NCBI RefSeq assembly: GCF_006345805.1
Contig: NC_043002.1
Coordinates: 120,156,001 to 120,220,000 of the forward strand
Origin: Octopus sinensis
Taxonomy: Eukaryota
Direction of reading: 5' to 3'
Length of the DNA stretch: 64,000 nucleotides
Made by a program: the position numbers and the translations under genes. The notes under the pieces were generated by a model. It was not told where the DNA came from, ran no database searches, and saw only the letters and a program-made list of their open reading frames with translations. Below, in pieces: positions 27,700 through 41,889 of this stretch. Each line of letters begins with the position of its first letter. The first letter of the stretch is position 1.

Positions 27700-28160
27700 G
27701 ATCAACCCAGCTCTTGATAAACATATACACCCGCAGCTACTGTAGATCATGCCTTCCCCACTCACTACACTAGCGGTGTGCGTCTTCGAGCAGTTATTTC
27801 TTCGCGTTAATTCTACATGATATATGCGTTTGTCATTTTATCGAAAATACCCACTCTTTCTTTTTGTTTTCTTCACTGGTGGCGATGTCAAGCATTGGTT
27901 GCTAAAGTGACCTCCCATATTTCACATGACATCAACAAGTATTTTCACAAACCTTAAATCGGTGGGGCGATTTCCACAAGAGTGTTCGCCATATATTACC
28001 TGGTTAAGGATCCTCAAATTATTCATTCATTGAAGGTGTCCAGACCAAAGTAAACGGTGCTTCTGCACCGTCGCCTCAGTGCTGAAGACGTCAGCTCGCC
28101 TCAAGAACTCTCTATCTGGAGTCTGCAAGAGTCAGCAGACATTCTGAATGTTTCAGATAT
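27700..28160 (-). pseudogene. RTE-type LINE 3' remnant
   Basis: Manual translation TPDREFLRRADVFSTEATVQKHRLLWSGHLQ*MNNLRILNQVIYGEHSCGNRP matches the RTE pattern RLRW.GHV.RM...R.PK..LYGEL..G.R. Confidence 0.7.
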
Positions 28161-28225
28161 AACATGCCACACACACACGCGCGTACACGCACACGCACAC
28201 ACACATACATACATACATACATACA

Positions 28226-28303
<78 letters not shown>

Positions 28304-29155
28304 GAAATGTCATTATCGCAGCATTTAATAAATATTAATTTATGTTTCGTTAGATATTGGCATGACTTCATACATGTATATTACTTGTCAAATAAAAATG
28401 TGTAATTTAGAATCATGTCTTACTAAATTTGGTAGTGTTTAATGTGTATTTATAGTTACCAATATGAGTACAGACATTAACTCCCATTCTCATACACGCT
28501 CACACACACACATCCACACACACATACACACACACACACACACATATGTGCGTGTGCTTGTTTACGCGCGTATATGTGTGTGTGTATATGTGTGTATGTA
28601 TAACCGTATATGTACACGCATAGTAATTTGTTTTGCATTATTTATTGAGTGCTGATGTCACTTATTTAGATATACAAATACAAAAATGAAGAAAAAAATT
28701 GATTATACAATTTGTAATTAGAGACTGAAATAGATACTGTATCTTGCTGGAGGCGTGAAATTCCTTCAAGAATGCCTTAATGAATGCGACGTATCTTGTA
28801 GCTATTTACTTAATATAAACGCATACAGTGTATTTTGATTTAATTTTGAGAAACTTGCTAACCGCTGTTGCAACTAATCTGTTGCAACTTTTCTATTGAT
28901 TGTAATATCAGTGAATTAAGAGGTATTTCGTAATTTACTTCCTAATTTGCTTTGTTTTTCCGGTGATATAAACTTTTATATCTAATTCGATATCATTCTT
29001 GTTCGGGCATATTTACCCAAGACAATAACTCTCTTTGTTAACAGAAAGCAAATAATATTGACTTTCTTCAGCCTAGAACCACATCGTTCAGACTTATTTG
29101 TAATGATGATGTGATATATTGATGCTCATACATTCTTTTTGAAACATATTAACAT

Positions 29156-29540
29156 AGGCGCAGGAGTGGCTGTGTGGTAAGTAGCTTGCTAACCAACCAC
29201 ATGGTTGCGGGTTCAGTCCCACTGCCTGGCATCTTGGGCAAGTGTCTTCTGCTATAGCCCCGGGCCGACCAATGCGGAAACTGAAAGAAGCCTGTCGTAT
29301 ATATGTATATATATGTATGTGTGTGTATGTGTGTCTGTTTGTCCCCCTAGCATTGCTTGACAACCGATGCTGGTGTGTTTACGTCCCCGTCACTTAGCGG
29401 CAAAAGAGACCGATAGAATAAGTACTGGGCTTACAAAGAATAAGTCCCGGGGTCGATTTGCTCGACTAAAGGCGGTGCTCCAGCATGGCCGCAGTCAAAT
29501 GACTGAAACAAGTAAAAGAGTAAAAGAGAGTAAAGAGTAA
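29156..29540 (+). mobile_element. SINE family A with internal deletion
   Basis: High identity to 19066-19468; tail repeats (taaaagag). Confidence 0.9.
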
Positions 29541-29826
29541 ATGGAAACCAAGTGAAATGCTCACAGGAAAAACAGAAAAATGCTGGTCCTCTTGTCAGAA
29601 TTTCTAATTTAAACTGTTTACTAGTATAGTGATGATAAAATCATTTCTAAAGAGAATGAGAATTTAAATTTGCAAGAGAGACTAAATGAGAAGTTGTGAT
29701 TTTATTTCTTTCTGGGAATAAAATGTTGTCGAAGGGAAGTGAAATGTTTTCAGTCCAAAATGGATACAATATTATAGTCTCGATACCAGTTAACTTAGCC
29801 AGCCAGTCGGATGCCTCGTCTACATA

Positions 29827-31384
29827 CACTGATTAAATTAAGACTGATGATGAGAGTTCTATTCCTTCATTAATATATTTTAACAAAACTGTATAAAATT
29901 ATTTTACCTTTTATAGTTTATGTAGAATTTTTTTCTCTTTCGAATAATTTTAATGAGCAATTAATTAAAATGATTAGAAATAGGTTTAAGGCCGTGCCAA
30001 GATTATGCACATTAATAAGCGAAATGGGTTGTCATATGGCTAGTTGTACTGCACTGTTTTGCTTAATAATCGCGCATTGTTACACATTAATTCGCTATGG
30101 GAAAGCGTCGTAGTATCAGCCCAGTTACTAGATCAAACCACGTGTTGCTTCATCAGCAAAATGTGCCTTTCCTGAACATTAGCAAGCACATAGGATGCAA
30201 CAAACGGCTTGTGTTCAAGCATGAAAGCTTTACCAGGTCATTAGCTAATTCAGAGATTAGCAAAGAACGGGCGATCCGAGAAAAAAGGCAACAGTACAGA
30301 TGGATCGGCAAATTCATAAGCTCTCTGGATGTAATCGAATGCTAACAGCATTTGCAAGCAATTATCTGATGAAACTGACGTCAGCTTTACACCACAAACT
30401 GTCAAAAACCGCCTAAAAGAATTTGGACTCTTCGGCGGGATTGCTCGAAAGAGTCCGATAATTTCTGTGATAAACCGGCAAAAACGGATCAAGTTTGCTA
30501 AAAGCCACATTGAATGGACGGCCGAAGAATGGTCAAAATTCTTTGGAGCGACGAATCCCACCTCTGCATCTGTGGATCAGACGGAAATACTTTTATTTGA
30601 CGCCGACCAACTGAAGAATTCTATCCTAAGTATGTCAAGAAAACGACACAAGCGGGAGGCTAATGGTGTGGGATGTGTTTAACAGCTTAAGTGTTGGTCC
30701 AATTCTTAACGTTGAAGGCAGACTGAACAGTGAAGGCTATCTGCAATTAGTAAATGAAAATGTGCTACCATATTTAAATAATCAGCTGCCACCGGGGCCT
30801 ATCTTCCAGTAGGACAATTGCCCCGTTTATAAGGCTAGGAAAGTTTTGCAATATTTTGTGCTCGATATGGTGGTTATTGCGCGTTCTCCGCTGAGCTCGG
30901 ATTTGAATCCGATAGAAAATTTATGGAATTATGTTTCTAAAAGAGTTCATGTTAAAAAATCCAATAAATTTGCCCCGATTATATAATTATATTGAGAAAA
31001 TATGGCAGAACATTCCAAGTGATTTTTGTGCTCATTTGTCTAACTCCATGTCCCGCTGTGTAAGGCCGTAATTGAAAATATGGCTATTGAACGAACTAGA
31101 TACTAATAATAAATTTTTATTCGTTGATCATTTGTGCCGTAAATTTTCAGTTTAAACAGAATAATGTCTTAAAGTTATTTTACCGACAATTTCTAATTAT
31201 TTGAATTAATTGCGCATTAAAATTATTCAAATTGTAGAAAGATACATAACTCCTATATCATTCGAAAGAGAAAAAATTCTACATAAACTGCAAAATGTAA
31301 AATAACTTTATACAGTTTTGTTAAAAATAAATTAATGAAGGAATAGAACTGTCATCATCGGTCTTAAACTTATTTCGTCCAGGA
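29827..31384 (+). mobile_element. Full-length decayed Tc1-like DNA transposon with long TIRs
   Basis: TIRs ~29839-29982 and ~31190-31367. Frameshifted transposase from 30097: TVKNRLKEFGL, RIKFAKSHIEWTAEEWSK, FQ*DNCP, SSDLNPIENLW. Confidence 0.9.
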
Positions 31385-31640
31385 TATATTCGAGGATAAC
31401 TGTGTGAGCTGAAGCAGTGCCATTCTAAATATGAGATTATATGCAGAAATAGTCATACATTGTGATGACTAAGTCATACTTGCAATCTAATAAAAAAAAA
31501 TAGCGCTGCCTACTCGACTACATTATTTAGCAAAGATGTGATAAAAACGTATTGGCTGATGATGAGTTATGAAATTCAAATTTGAAATTACAATTTTCTC
31601 TTTAATTGTGATATAGAGAAATATACTGCATCGAATCAAC

Positions 31641-31845
31641 GCTGTGAGCTGGCACAATCGTTAGGATACCGGGAGAAATGCTTACCACCATTTCGTCTGT
31701 CTCAGTTTAAATTCAGCCGACGTCGACTTTTCCTTTCATCTTTTCGGAATCGGTAAATTAAGTACCAGTTGAGCACTGGGGCCCATGTAATCGACTTATC
31801 TCCTCCCCACAAATTGCTAGCCTTGTGTCAAAATTTGAATCCAAT
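31641..31845 (+). mobile_element. SINE family B
   Basis: gagctggca...gtcgactttt.ctttcatc...aagtaccagttgagcactgggg. Confidence 0.75.
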
Positions 31846-32814
31846 ATACTGCACCAAAATGACTGCAGCTGAAAAGTCATTTGGGAAAGCATGCTGAGAA
31901 TACATACCTACAATGTGTTCAATTTGGTGAACGCGATGATTATATGATGTATATCAGAGTATAAGAATGAAGAAGAGATTTTCTATAAAACCTTGAACGG
32001 GGACAATAACGCGCGCAGAAATTATGACAGTCCATAAAAGAAATATCGCCGCTTTTACACCTTTCGGTGTAGATTAGTCAGAACTTCATTTTATCTTTAT
32101 CGAACGGTCGATTTAGAGCGTTGACTTTCTAGTAATATCAGTGCACATAATGAAGCGAGTTTCTGTTCAGAATCTCAGATTCACGGTTTATTCTAATTAG
32201 ATGCTCTTCCCATTTATGAAAAGATAGACATCAATATAGCACATATTCACCTATCAGCACATCTGTCACTTTTCATATGAAAATCTTGGGTCGTAAAAAT
32301 ATACAACATACCATCGTGTAATTTTAGAAGCAATTTCTTATGTATAATAAATCTATAGCAGAAAGTAATTTATGGCAAAACCCTAAATTGGTTTAGAGTA
32401 AAATTGGAACTATGTTCTTAAATAGAATTAGAGTAAGTGTCAGCTATATAAGGCAAAACAAAGTAACGATTTCTAAATTTTTGTAATTAACGGAGTGGTA
32501 CGGAAGAGAATCCTCGAAGAATGATAAGTGCATACGAGCTATTTTACAACATAACTATACTATCAAATCAGAATAGAAAAGTATAATACTGCTTGATGAG
32601 GTCATAAAGTAACAGTTCGTCAATGGATGAATGCTTTTCAATTAAATACTATAGTATAGTTTAAACGTATCAGTCTTATAAAGAATCTCATCAATTTCAT
32701 AAGCGTACAGCAATTGCTCTTATAAAAGACATAGCACTCAGAGCGCGCGCTTGTGTGACATAGTTTTCAAAGATATCCGTTTAAATAAGGTGTATTTTCA
32801 TTAAGGGAGGCATT

Positions 32815-32867
<53 letters not shown>

Positions 32868-32948
32868 ACATATGGTCAAAAAGAGAACTACAAGTGAGAG
32901 AACAACAAAGCTGGTGCATTAGTTTGACGCTCGGGGAGAATGGAAAAT

Positions 32949-32988
32949 TCTTTGACGTTTCGAGCCTACGCTCTTTCACAAAAAAAGA
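32949..32988 (-). ncRNA. Hammerhead-like motif with decayed or atypical core, same family as 37278
   Basis: Minus strand: tcttt-tttgtgaaa-gagc gtag gctc-GAAA-cg-TC-aaaga. Confidence 0.45.
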
Positions 32989-33039
32989 ATAAGAAAAAAC
33001 TGAAATGGCAGAAAAAGGGGCCGTTTGGATGGTTTAACA

Positions 33040-33094
<55 letters not shown>

Positions 33095-33096
33095 TA

Positions 33097-33348
33097 TTTT
33101 CTTTTACTCGGTTCAGTCATTTGCCTGCATCCAAGCCGGAACACTACCTTTAATCGAATATATCGAACCCAGGACTTATTCTTCGTAAGACTGGTACTTA
33201 TTTTATAGTTATGTTTTGCCGAAGCGCTAAGTTACAGGGACGTAAACACACCAACATTGATTGTCAAGCGATGGCGGGGGGACAAACACAAACACAAGTA
33301 TATACATATATATATATATATATACGTCGGGCCTCTTTCAGTTTCCGT
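33097..33348 (-). mobile_element. SINE family A, 3' half
   Basis: Reverse complement of the family A body and tail. Confidence 0.75.
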
Positions 33349-33561
33349 GCATGTGTACGAATGATTGTATAAATATACGAATGCAAGACTCTATCTGTTG
33401 TACTTGTCTCGTTTCTTCATACATATATGTAAGTATATACGTTTATATATCTGCAGGTGTAGATGTGTTTGGCAGACAGGGGGTATATTTGTGTGTATAC
33501 ATATATAACTCATTTGTATATTCAAGTTTTGCGGCGAATCTGAATGTTTTACGGTTTATGT

Positions 33562-33800
33562 TTTTTGCGTATGCGTTTTTATTTGTATATACGTCTATCC
33601 ACGTATGTATGTGCATATACGTATAAACTACGTTTTGCATATCCGCTTATGTATGTGTATGTGCGTATAGTGATGTCTATATGGACATAATGATGCGTGC
33701 GTTTTTGCGTGTGTGTTTTTATTTGTACATATGTCTACCCGCATGAATATATGCATGTGCGTATAATCTACGTTTTGTATATCCGCGTATGTATGTGTGA
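33562..33800. repeat. Degenerate ~140-bp tandem duplication
   Basis: tttttgcgt.tg.gtttttatttgta.at...ctacgttttg.atatccgc occurs at ~33562 and ~33702. Confidence 0.7.
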
Positions 33801-33988
33801 GTGCATGTAGAGATGTGTATATGAGCGTAGTGATGCGTTCATGTGTATGCGTAGACATGTTTATGTATATATGTGTTTTCTATGTATATCTACGCGCATG
33901 TGTGAGTAAGTATATATATATATATACATACATGTGTCTGTGCATACATGTGTGTGTATATATGTATATATACATACATACATGTGTC

Positions 33989-34026
<38 letters not shown>

Positions 34027-34120
34027 CATATGCGGATTCTATGAATGAAGTTTTACTTTTCCTGTGCCTATTGGAGTAATTTCCCTCTATTCAACGGTTT
34101 TTTTCATAGCGTGTTTGTTT

Positions 34121-34191
34121 GTCTTAAAAACCGAAGATATGCCGGAGCAGACTTCAGCCACGGCATCCGAAACTCTGACTTTTATTATGAC
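34121..34191 (+). ncRNA. Type I hammerhead ribozyme (U4C core), partly decayed
   Basis: gtcttaaaaa-CCGAAGA-t atgccg...cggcat cc-GAAA-ctctgac-TT-ttattatgac. A related 3' half on the minus strand at ~35182-35212 keeps ctcagag. Confidence 0.6.
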
Positions 34192-35149
34192 AACTAACTA
34201 AGTGTCTCATATTATATTTATAGATAAATTCCTTTATTTTACATAATATTGAGGTCTCATTCATTCATTTGTTGTCATATTATTATTATTAATACATACA
34301 CACACACATATATATATACATATATATCTATACATACATATATTATATATATATATATTATATATATAATATATATATATATATAATATATATATATAAA
34401 TGCATGTATATATATATGTATATATATATATATTATATATATATTATATATATATATTATATATATATATATGTATTATATCTGTGTGTACATGTGTGTA
34501 ATGCTTCAAGTCTGTAAATTGTAAGGGGTAAGGCATATATGTAATAGCTATAGAGACAACATCCTACAAATCTTTTTTGTTACAAACGAAAAAATCAAAT
34601 CTAAATCATACTACCGAACAATGTTAAGCATGTTGTATGTTTTTTGTGATGTCAGAAATGTGTACGTTAGTAGAAATACAGATATGGTTGAGTTTCTATA
34701 GAAATAAATGATATTCAATATCTTCAAGGGTTAATTAAATTACAAAGCATTGTTTTATATTGTATAAGAGCTTCAACTCAATTGATATTTTTTTTTAATT
34801 CCCATTATTTAAATGTTCAATGCATGTGTGCAACTATTACACTTCGAATATGCATATTACTTGGAATGTGTTTCCATACAGCTGAAACATTGGTTTTGCG
34901 TACAAGAATACATACGTACATGCATACATATGCATTCATACATAATATGGCATGGTTAAGTTGTAAGAAGCTTTCTTCCCAACCAGACGGTTCTGGATTC
35001 AGACTCACTACGATGTACCTTGAGCAAATGCCTTCTTCTATAACCTCGGACCAACCAGAGGTAGGTGTGGGAATTTGGTAGAAGGAAACATAAAGATGCA
35101 CATCATATATATATATATATATATATTATATGCATATATTATGTGTTGT

Positions 35150-35583
35150 TATCTATAAAAATATGTTATATTTACTCAATAGTCAAGATAAAACTCTGAG
35201 TTTTAGATGCCGAAGTGGAAATCCACAGTACCATCTCTTATATAGACGTATGTATGAACTTTTACGGTACCTAAAGTTTCTTTGAATAAAGTTCCCTTGA
35301 TGGGAGTGGTATATTTTTCATTGAATAATCTATGTAATATGCGTCCATATTAAATTCTTCTGTGTGCAAAGAGTCCTCAACCGATGTTAGGCGATAATCC
35401 AAAAAAGCTATATTAGCTCTTAGTGAAGAATAGCGTCGTCCGGGAGGTAATTTATTGGTAAAAACGGTAAGATAACAAAAGACTATTGAGTAAATGTAAC
35501 ATATTATTTTATAGATAAATTTCCTCTATTTACATAATATTGAGGTCTCTTTCTTTGTTTTGTTATCTTACCGTTTTTACCAA
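35150..35583. mobile_element. Penelope-like pLTR mosaic with two inverted segments, related to 34120-34280
   Basis: 35150-35184 is inverted at 35481-35517 and 35455-35480 is inverted at 35558-35583. 35500-35550 resembles 34209-34260. TA flanks. Confidence 0.6.
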
Positions 35584-35917
35584 TATATATATATGTATAT
35601 ATTTATGTATATATATATGATGAAATTAAAAAATATCAGGAGATCCAAAGGAGGAATGCTGCAAATAACTGTATAATAAAATATGGATGAGCAAATCTCC
35701 ATTCCTCTGATCTTTATTAATTTCATTATTTTCTCTACGGAAAATTGCACATTCGGATTTACCAATTGAGAATAATAACCGACTCTAGTAAATTATTACT
35801 AACTCGAGTAGTACCACCATTCGTAGTGGCTAGCCGGTATTGAAAACCGATCAAAGAGTTAACACGGTAACCGCCTGGATTATATATCCCTCGAAACATT
35901 TTTGGAAATATTACTTT

Positions 35918-35994
<77 letters not shown>

Positions 35995-36029
35995 GTGTGT
36001 GTGTGTGGTGCTTCTGAGTGTCTGCTTGT

Positions 36030-36250
36030 GTGTGTGTGTCTTTGTGTCTGTTTTAACGCCACCACCACTGCTTGACAACCGGTATCGCTGTGCTTACGTC
36101 ACCGTAACGCAGCGGTTTTTCGAGGGTAACATAAAAATGCGTACCAGGTTTTAAAAAGTAAGTTCTGGGGTTGAATCGGTTTACGAAAAACTTGTTCGAG
36201 GCAGTACTCCAGCATGTCTGCAGTCTAATGAGGGAAACAAGCAAAAAATA
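36030..36250 (+). mobile_element. SINE family A, 3' half, diverged
   Basis: gcttgacaaccgg...ctccagcatg.ctgcagtc.aatga..gaaacaag. Confidence 0.7.
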
Positions 36251-36290
36251 AAAGGCAACAGACATCTATACTTACATTTACACATATACA

Positions 36291-36669
36291 TGGAAGCACT
36301 CCGTCGGTTACGACGATGAGGGTTCCGGTTGATCCGAATCAACGGAACAGCCTGCTCGTGAAATTAACGTGTAAGTGGCTGAGCACTCCACAGAACGTGT
36401 ACCCTTAACGCAGTTCTCGGGGATATTCAGCGTGACACAGAGAGTGACAAGGCCGGCCCTTGAAATACAGGTACAACAGAAACAGGAAGTAAGAGTGAGA
36501 GAAAGTTGTGGTGAAGAGTACAGCAGGATCACCACCATCCCTGCCGGAGCCTCGTGGAGCTTTAGGTGTTTTTGCTCAATAAACACTCACAACGCCTGGT
36601 CTGGGAATCGAAACCGCGATCCTATGACCGCGAGTCCGCTGCCCTAACCACTGGGCCATTGCGTCTCCT
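36291..36669 (-). mobile_element. tRNA-derived SINE family C
   Basis: Reverse complement of 57715-58105; head with tggcccagtggttaggg (A box) and gtttcgattccc (B box). Confidence 0.9.
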
Positions 36670-37277
36670 ACATATACATACACAAACACACACATATATA
36701 TATACATATCCATTCATTCACACACACATACACACACATGTATACATATGTAATATCCTATATTTATGTGTACTTCTCCAAATTTCTCTCTACATAAATG
36801 TGTGCGAGAAGAGAGAGAAGGAAACAGAGACAGACAGACAGATCGAGAAGGAGAAAGTATGACTGTAAGCATCAAGATTTAACAGATTTTCCCAATGATT
36901 ATGTGAGACCTTCCTCATGAAATGGTGTTTCATTATCCCCAATTTGATTTAAGGACTCCCTAATTACTACAAGCGTATTTATCTCTTTCTTCTATCTTTA
37001 ATATACAGCATTCGATGTCACTCTCCCCTTCTTCCTTAATTTCATTTGAAACGGTGCTTATTTTCTAGGTTATCCTATCATACCATTTTTTTTTATTCCG
37101 GCTCTGTAGCAAAATTGCATATTCTCACTTATACATATATGCAAACATACATAAAAACATATAGACATACACCTGTAGTTTATGTATGTGTATATATATA
37201 TATCGCCATGTTGATTCGCTAGCTTCTGCACGCATTCTTTTCTCTCCTTGTTTCTTTCCGTGTTTCTTTTCTGTGTA

Positions 37278-37315
37278 TCTTTCTGTCGAAGAGCGTAGGC
37301 TCGAAACGTAAAAGA
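37278..37315 (+). ncRNA. Hammerhead-like motif with atypical core, in a TA-flanked element (37204-37414)
   Basis: tcttt-CTGTCGAA-gagc gtag gctc-GAAA-cg-TA-aaaga. Perfect stems I and II, minimal palindromic stem III; core has A6U plus one extra A. Confidence 0.6.
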
Positions 37316-37601
37316 CTTTTTCTATTTCTATTCCTGAGCGCTATACTAATACAATTGTTTCTTTGTATTCCACCTGCCTTCGTCTTTTGTTTATTTTCAT
37401 AAAGCTTCCCGTTATATATACATATATATATATACTCTGTATATATCTGTGAGTGTGTATGTCTTGTGTATGTGTCTCCTGTCCATACATACATACAAAT
37501 AAATATTTATGTATGCATGCATGTATATTATATGTATATATACGTGTGTATATGTATATTGACTTCTACATTACATATATATTATATACACACACACACA
37601 C

Positions 37602-37687
<86 letters not shown>

Positions 37688-37709
37688 GTATGTATGTATG
37701 TATGTGACA

Positions 37710-38035
37710 GAAATAATCGGACTGAATACCCGATCGCGCGGTTAAACCATTGGGAATGAAGGACTCCTAGCCTTTGTTAGGGCATCCTTCTAGTAGAAGG
37801 CAACTCAGGTAACTGGGATAACTCCGGCATAAAACCCTGGCGGCTCAGTGGTTACCGATGATGTTGACTTGTTCTTCTCTTCGGATTATGGCTGCTGTTG
37901 CTTAGTGAGTGGTATTGACTCAGTGCATAGCCTTTCCCCGCTTTAAAAAAATATTCTTGCACAGGTATTGCACGATAACAGCATTGATTAAGCTTCGTGC
38001 AATGGCCATACTCGATAACGAGGGGGCAGCCTCAA
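37710..38035 (+). mobile_element. Unclassified repeat, possibly an RTE-type 5' UTR derivative
   Basis: GC-richer block between microsatellites. agggcatccttctagtagaaggcaactc resembles, from memory only, RTE 5' UTR motifs. Confidence 0.3.
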
Positions 38036-38454
38036 TGTATGTATGTATATACGCATGCAAGTACATTACAGACAGGAATATACAGCGAAACTTTGCGAAA
38101 TGTTTTTATTAGTGAGTACTATGTATTTTCTATCATTTTAGTAACACATAGTATTGGTAGAAAAAGGGAAGCAACTCAAATATGCTTATAGTCTCTGCGT
38201 AATATGAAAACATTACTGCTTGTCTAGATACCGGCAAATCTATGAAAGATGTCCAGAACTGAGTCTCATCTGACACTCGTCATGTAATTAGCACAACGTG
38301 TCAGTCATCTCATTGATTGGTCTTTGCCTAATTAATAACAGTATTATGATGCATGCTGAAAGAGTCATCTCTACCCTGAACTCCATTGACTCTAATATAC
38401 TTCAGTGGTGCATTTGTTCCATATATGTATTTATATATGTTCCATATATGTATT

Positions 38455-38486
<32 letters not shown>

Positions 38487-38489
<3 letters not shown>

Positions 38490-38713
38490 TCTTTATTGCC
38501 CACAAGGAGCTAAACACAGAGTGGACAAACAAGGACAAACACACGGATTAAGTCGATTACATCGACCGCAGTGCGTTACTGGTACCTAATTTATCGACCC
38601 CGAAAGGATGAAAGGCAAAGTCGACCTCGGCGGAATTTGAACTCAGAACGCAACGACAGACGCAATACGGCTAAGCATTTCGCCGGTGTGCTAACGTTTC
38701 TGCCAGCTCGCCG
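38487..38713 (-). mobile_element. SINE family B, full length
   Basis: Reverse complement of the 7579-7820 copy. Confidence 0.9.
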
Positions 38714-38715
38714 CG

Positions 38716-39050
<335 letters not shown>

Positions 39051-40301
39051 TCCCCCTTTGTAAACATAAGGACGCAGGATATGTGTCAAGGCTGACAGGA
39101 AACGGTGCTTCCTAGGGCTAAATAGCAGAAGTATTATTCCCTTTCATGGGACTGTCACATTAAGTTGACAACATGCCACCACTTTATACATATTACTGCT
39201 TTTGATAGATTACCCCAAACACATATTCTCTTTGGAATAAAGCTTATGCTTTTTGATCAAGATGAGTCGTATTGCCTATACTTCGCTAGCAGGATCCTTC
39301 AAGATCGAATCACATATGTTGCTTTTACTGCCACCTATAACGAAATTGACATTTAAGCAAGAGAATAACATTTTGAATATTAATTTTGAAAATTTAGAGA
39401 AATCATCGCATTCCTCTGTGAATCACAACATTATTTTGCGTACGTCAGGTTTTCCAGTTTGATTGATTATTTGTTAGGAAAATGATTTGACATTTAAATT
39501 CAAACACAGACATTTTGCTACACACAGTTTGTTTACACTCATTTCATCCTAAAATTTATTAAATAAGGTTAAATCAGTACCTGGAATGTTGTAATAAAAC
39601 CTACTAACTTCATTCTTTCTCTACAAATGTAGGCATGAACGAAATCGGAAGAAATCATGATTGTGGAATTGATTCCACTTCTAGAGAGCATGGCTAGGTG
39701 TTGAATAGATTGGAGTGTCTTAACATAGCTTTGCATTTGAAACGTTCGTTTTTGCTTTTTGTTTTCGTTTTGTTATAATCTTTTTTAGATACACGAAACT
39801 AAAATACTGTGATTCGATTCTAACTACTATATACTCACTCATTATAAGTTTCCTCATCGAAAGATCGTTCGTTATTAGATAGTGGAAACTTTTTAAACAA
39901 ATATAGTTACCATTCTAGGCGCCAACAGATTGAACATATATTTGTATAGTTTCTGTATATAGAAATGACTTATATGCATTCGAGAAGCGTAGCAGCACAA
40001 AAGTAAAAAAAAACTATATCTATCAGAAGCTAAATTGAAGAAACGGAGTCTTCCACATGTCTTTCAAATATGCCGTTGTATAACACGTTTTCTCTGTATC
40101 ACGCTTGACTGACGCAGCCATGCTGTAAACTAAAGGAGCATATACTTCTTAACCCTTTCGAGATGAGCAAAGTGCTTTCGAAAGTGCTATGTCTAATTGT
40201 ATGAGAATTTTATTACGCCTTAACACTAATCACTGCAAAAATATATGTCCAGTTATAAAACGGATTTCTCTCTCTCTGTGTCTCTTTCTCCCTCTACCAG
40301 C

Positions 40302-40387
<86 letters not shown>

Positions 40388-41597
40388 CTACATATGTACA
40401 TATATATATGCAGAGTAGATGAAACTATGGCGACTGAAGAAGGGGTTTTTTCCTTGTGTTATTTGTCCTGTAATCTATTTTTTTGTTGTTTAAGAAAAAT
40501 GTCCAGTTCCTTGGGTTTGTGTCTATATTTTCGTTTCTCATTGTGTTAGATGTTTTTTTTGTGTCCTGTACTCATATATGCGTGTATATATACATGTAGA
40601 GGTAGGTACGTACATATATGTGTATATATATATATATGCATATGTTTTATTTATTAATATATATATATATACAAATATATATTCAGTCCTAGCTGTATTT
40701 TTATATGTGATTTTATGTTGTAAAATATAAAAACGTGAACAAGTTTTATACAAAACAAACACCTACTTTGCCCATCTTCATATATGAACGTGTGCGTTTT
40801 TATATCTGTGTGCTTGTGTGTTTGCATATATATACACATATATATAAATTTGTTTCTCGCTCTCTCTCTCTCTCTCTCCGTCTCTCTCTCTCTCTCTCAG
40901 TATAAAGTAATGTAATATATTAAGAAAAAGTGGGTAGTTAGGTTTTGGAAAGGAACTATAATTAGTGCTTTCCTAAGCATAAAAACTATTAATTAGTGCG
41001 TTCGTCCTTTTGAGGGATTTCGAATGAATAATTTTTTATTAAAAATTCATATAATCTGTATATATTTAAGTTAGTTGAAACGCTATGGAGTTGAATGTGT
41101 TGTCTTAGACTTTTGGAAGAAGATATTTTGGGAATATTTGACATACTTTTTGTTAATTCGAATTTATATGTGTTTATATATATGTGCGTGTATATGTGTA
41201 TGTAATTATGTGTCGGGGAACTTTTTGGAGGCTTGGTTAGAGAGGGTATGAGGAGAAACAAAGAGAGACATTGGTGTTTTTTCTGGGGTGGTTAAAATTA
41301 ATGATTGGTCAAAATTGGTCAAATTTTTATTAATTGTAACGAACATTTGTTTGTCATTGTACGACTAACAGTAACTAACGTCAGTTGTCACGTTACTACT
41401 CAGCTGTGTAAAACAGTATCTCTCAAGTTGTTTTGGACGGTTTTAAAATATTTGTGTGTGTGTGTGTTGTGTGTGTGTGTGTGTGTGTGTGTGCGTGCGT
41501 GCGTGCGTATGTGTGTGCTGTGTGTTGGTTGAAATTTTCCAGTTGTTTTAGTAGCAGTAACGAGATCATTGTTAGTACAATATCTAGTGATAATCTC

Positions 41598-41812
41598 AGG
41601 CGGCGAGCTGGCAGAAATATTAGCATGCCGGGCGAAATGTTAGCGGTATTTCGTCTGTCTTTACGTTCTGAGATCAAATTCCGTCGAGGTCAACTTTGCT
41701 TTTCATCCTTTCCTGGTCGATAAATTAATTACCAGTTGCGTGCTGGAGTCGATCTCATCGATTGGCCCCTTCACCCCAAAATTTCGGGCCTTGGGCCTTG
41801 AGCAGAAAAGAA
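41598..41812 (+). mobile_element. SINE family B
   Basis: aggcggcgagctggcagaa head and family B body. Confidence 0.85.
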
Positions 41813-41889
41813 TATCAAGAGATATAATCTGGTTTGGTTCATCTTAGAAACATTTTTAATAAGGATCTTATATATTTACGAATACATAT

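Noticed and set aside
35845-35908. HHR-like fold ending ctc-GAAA-catt-tt
   Set aside because: Core unrecognisable and stem III not palindromic.
37710-37870. HDV-like ribozyme at a putative LINE 5' end
   Set aside because: The nested double pseudoknot could not be assembled by eye.
40427-40460. CTGAAGA followed by a hairpin
   Set aside because: No downstream GAAA, stem III or stem I partner found.
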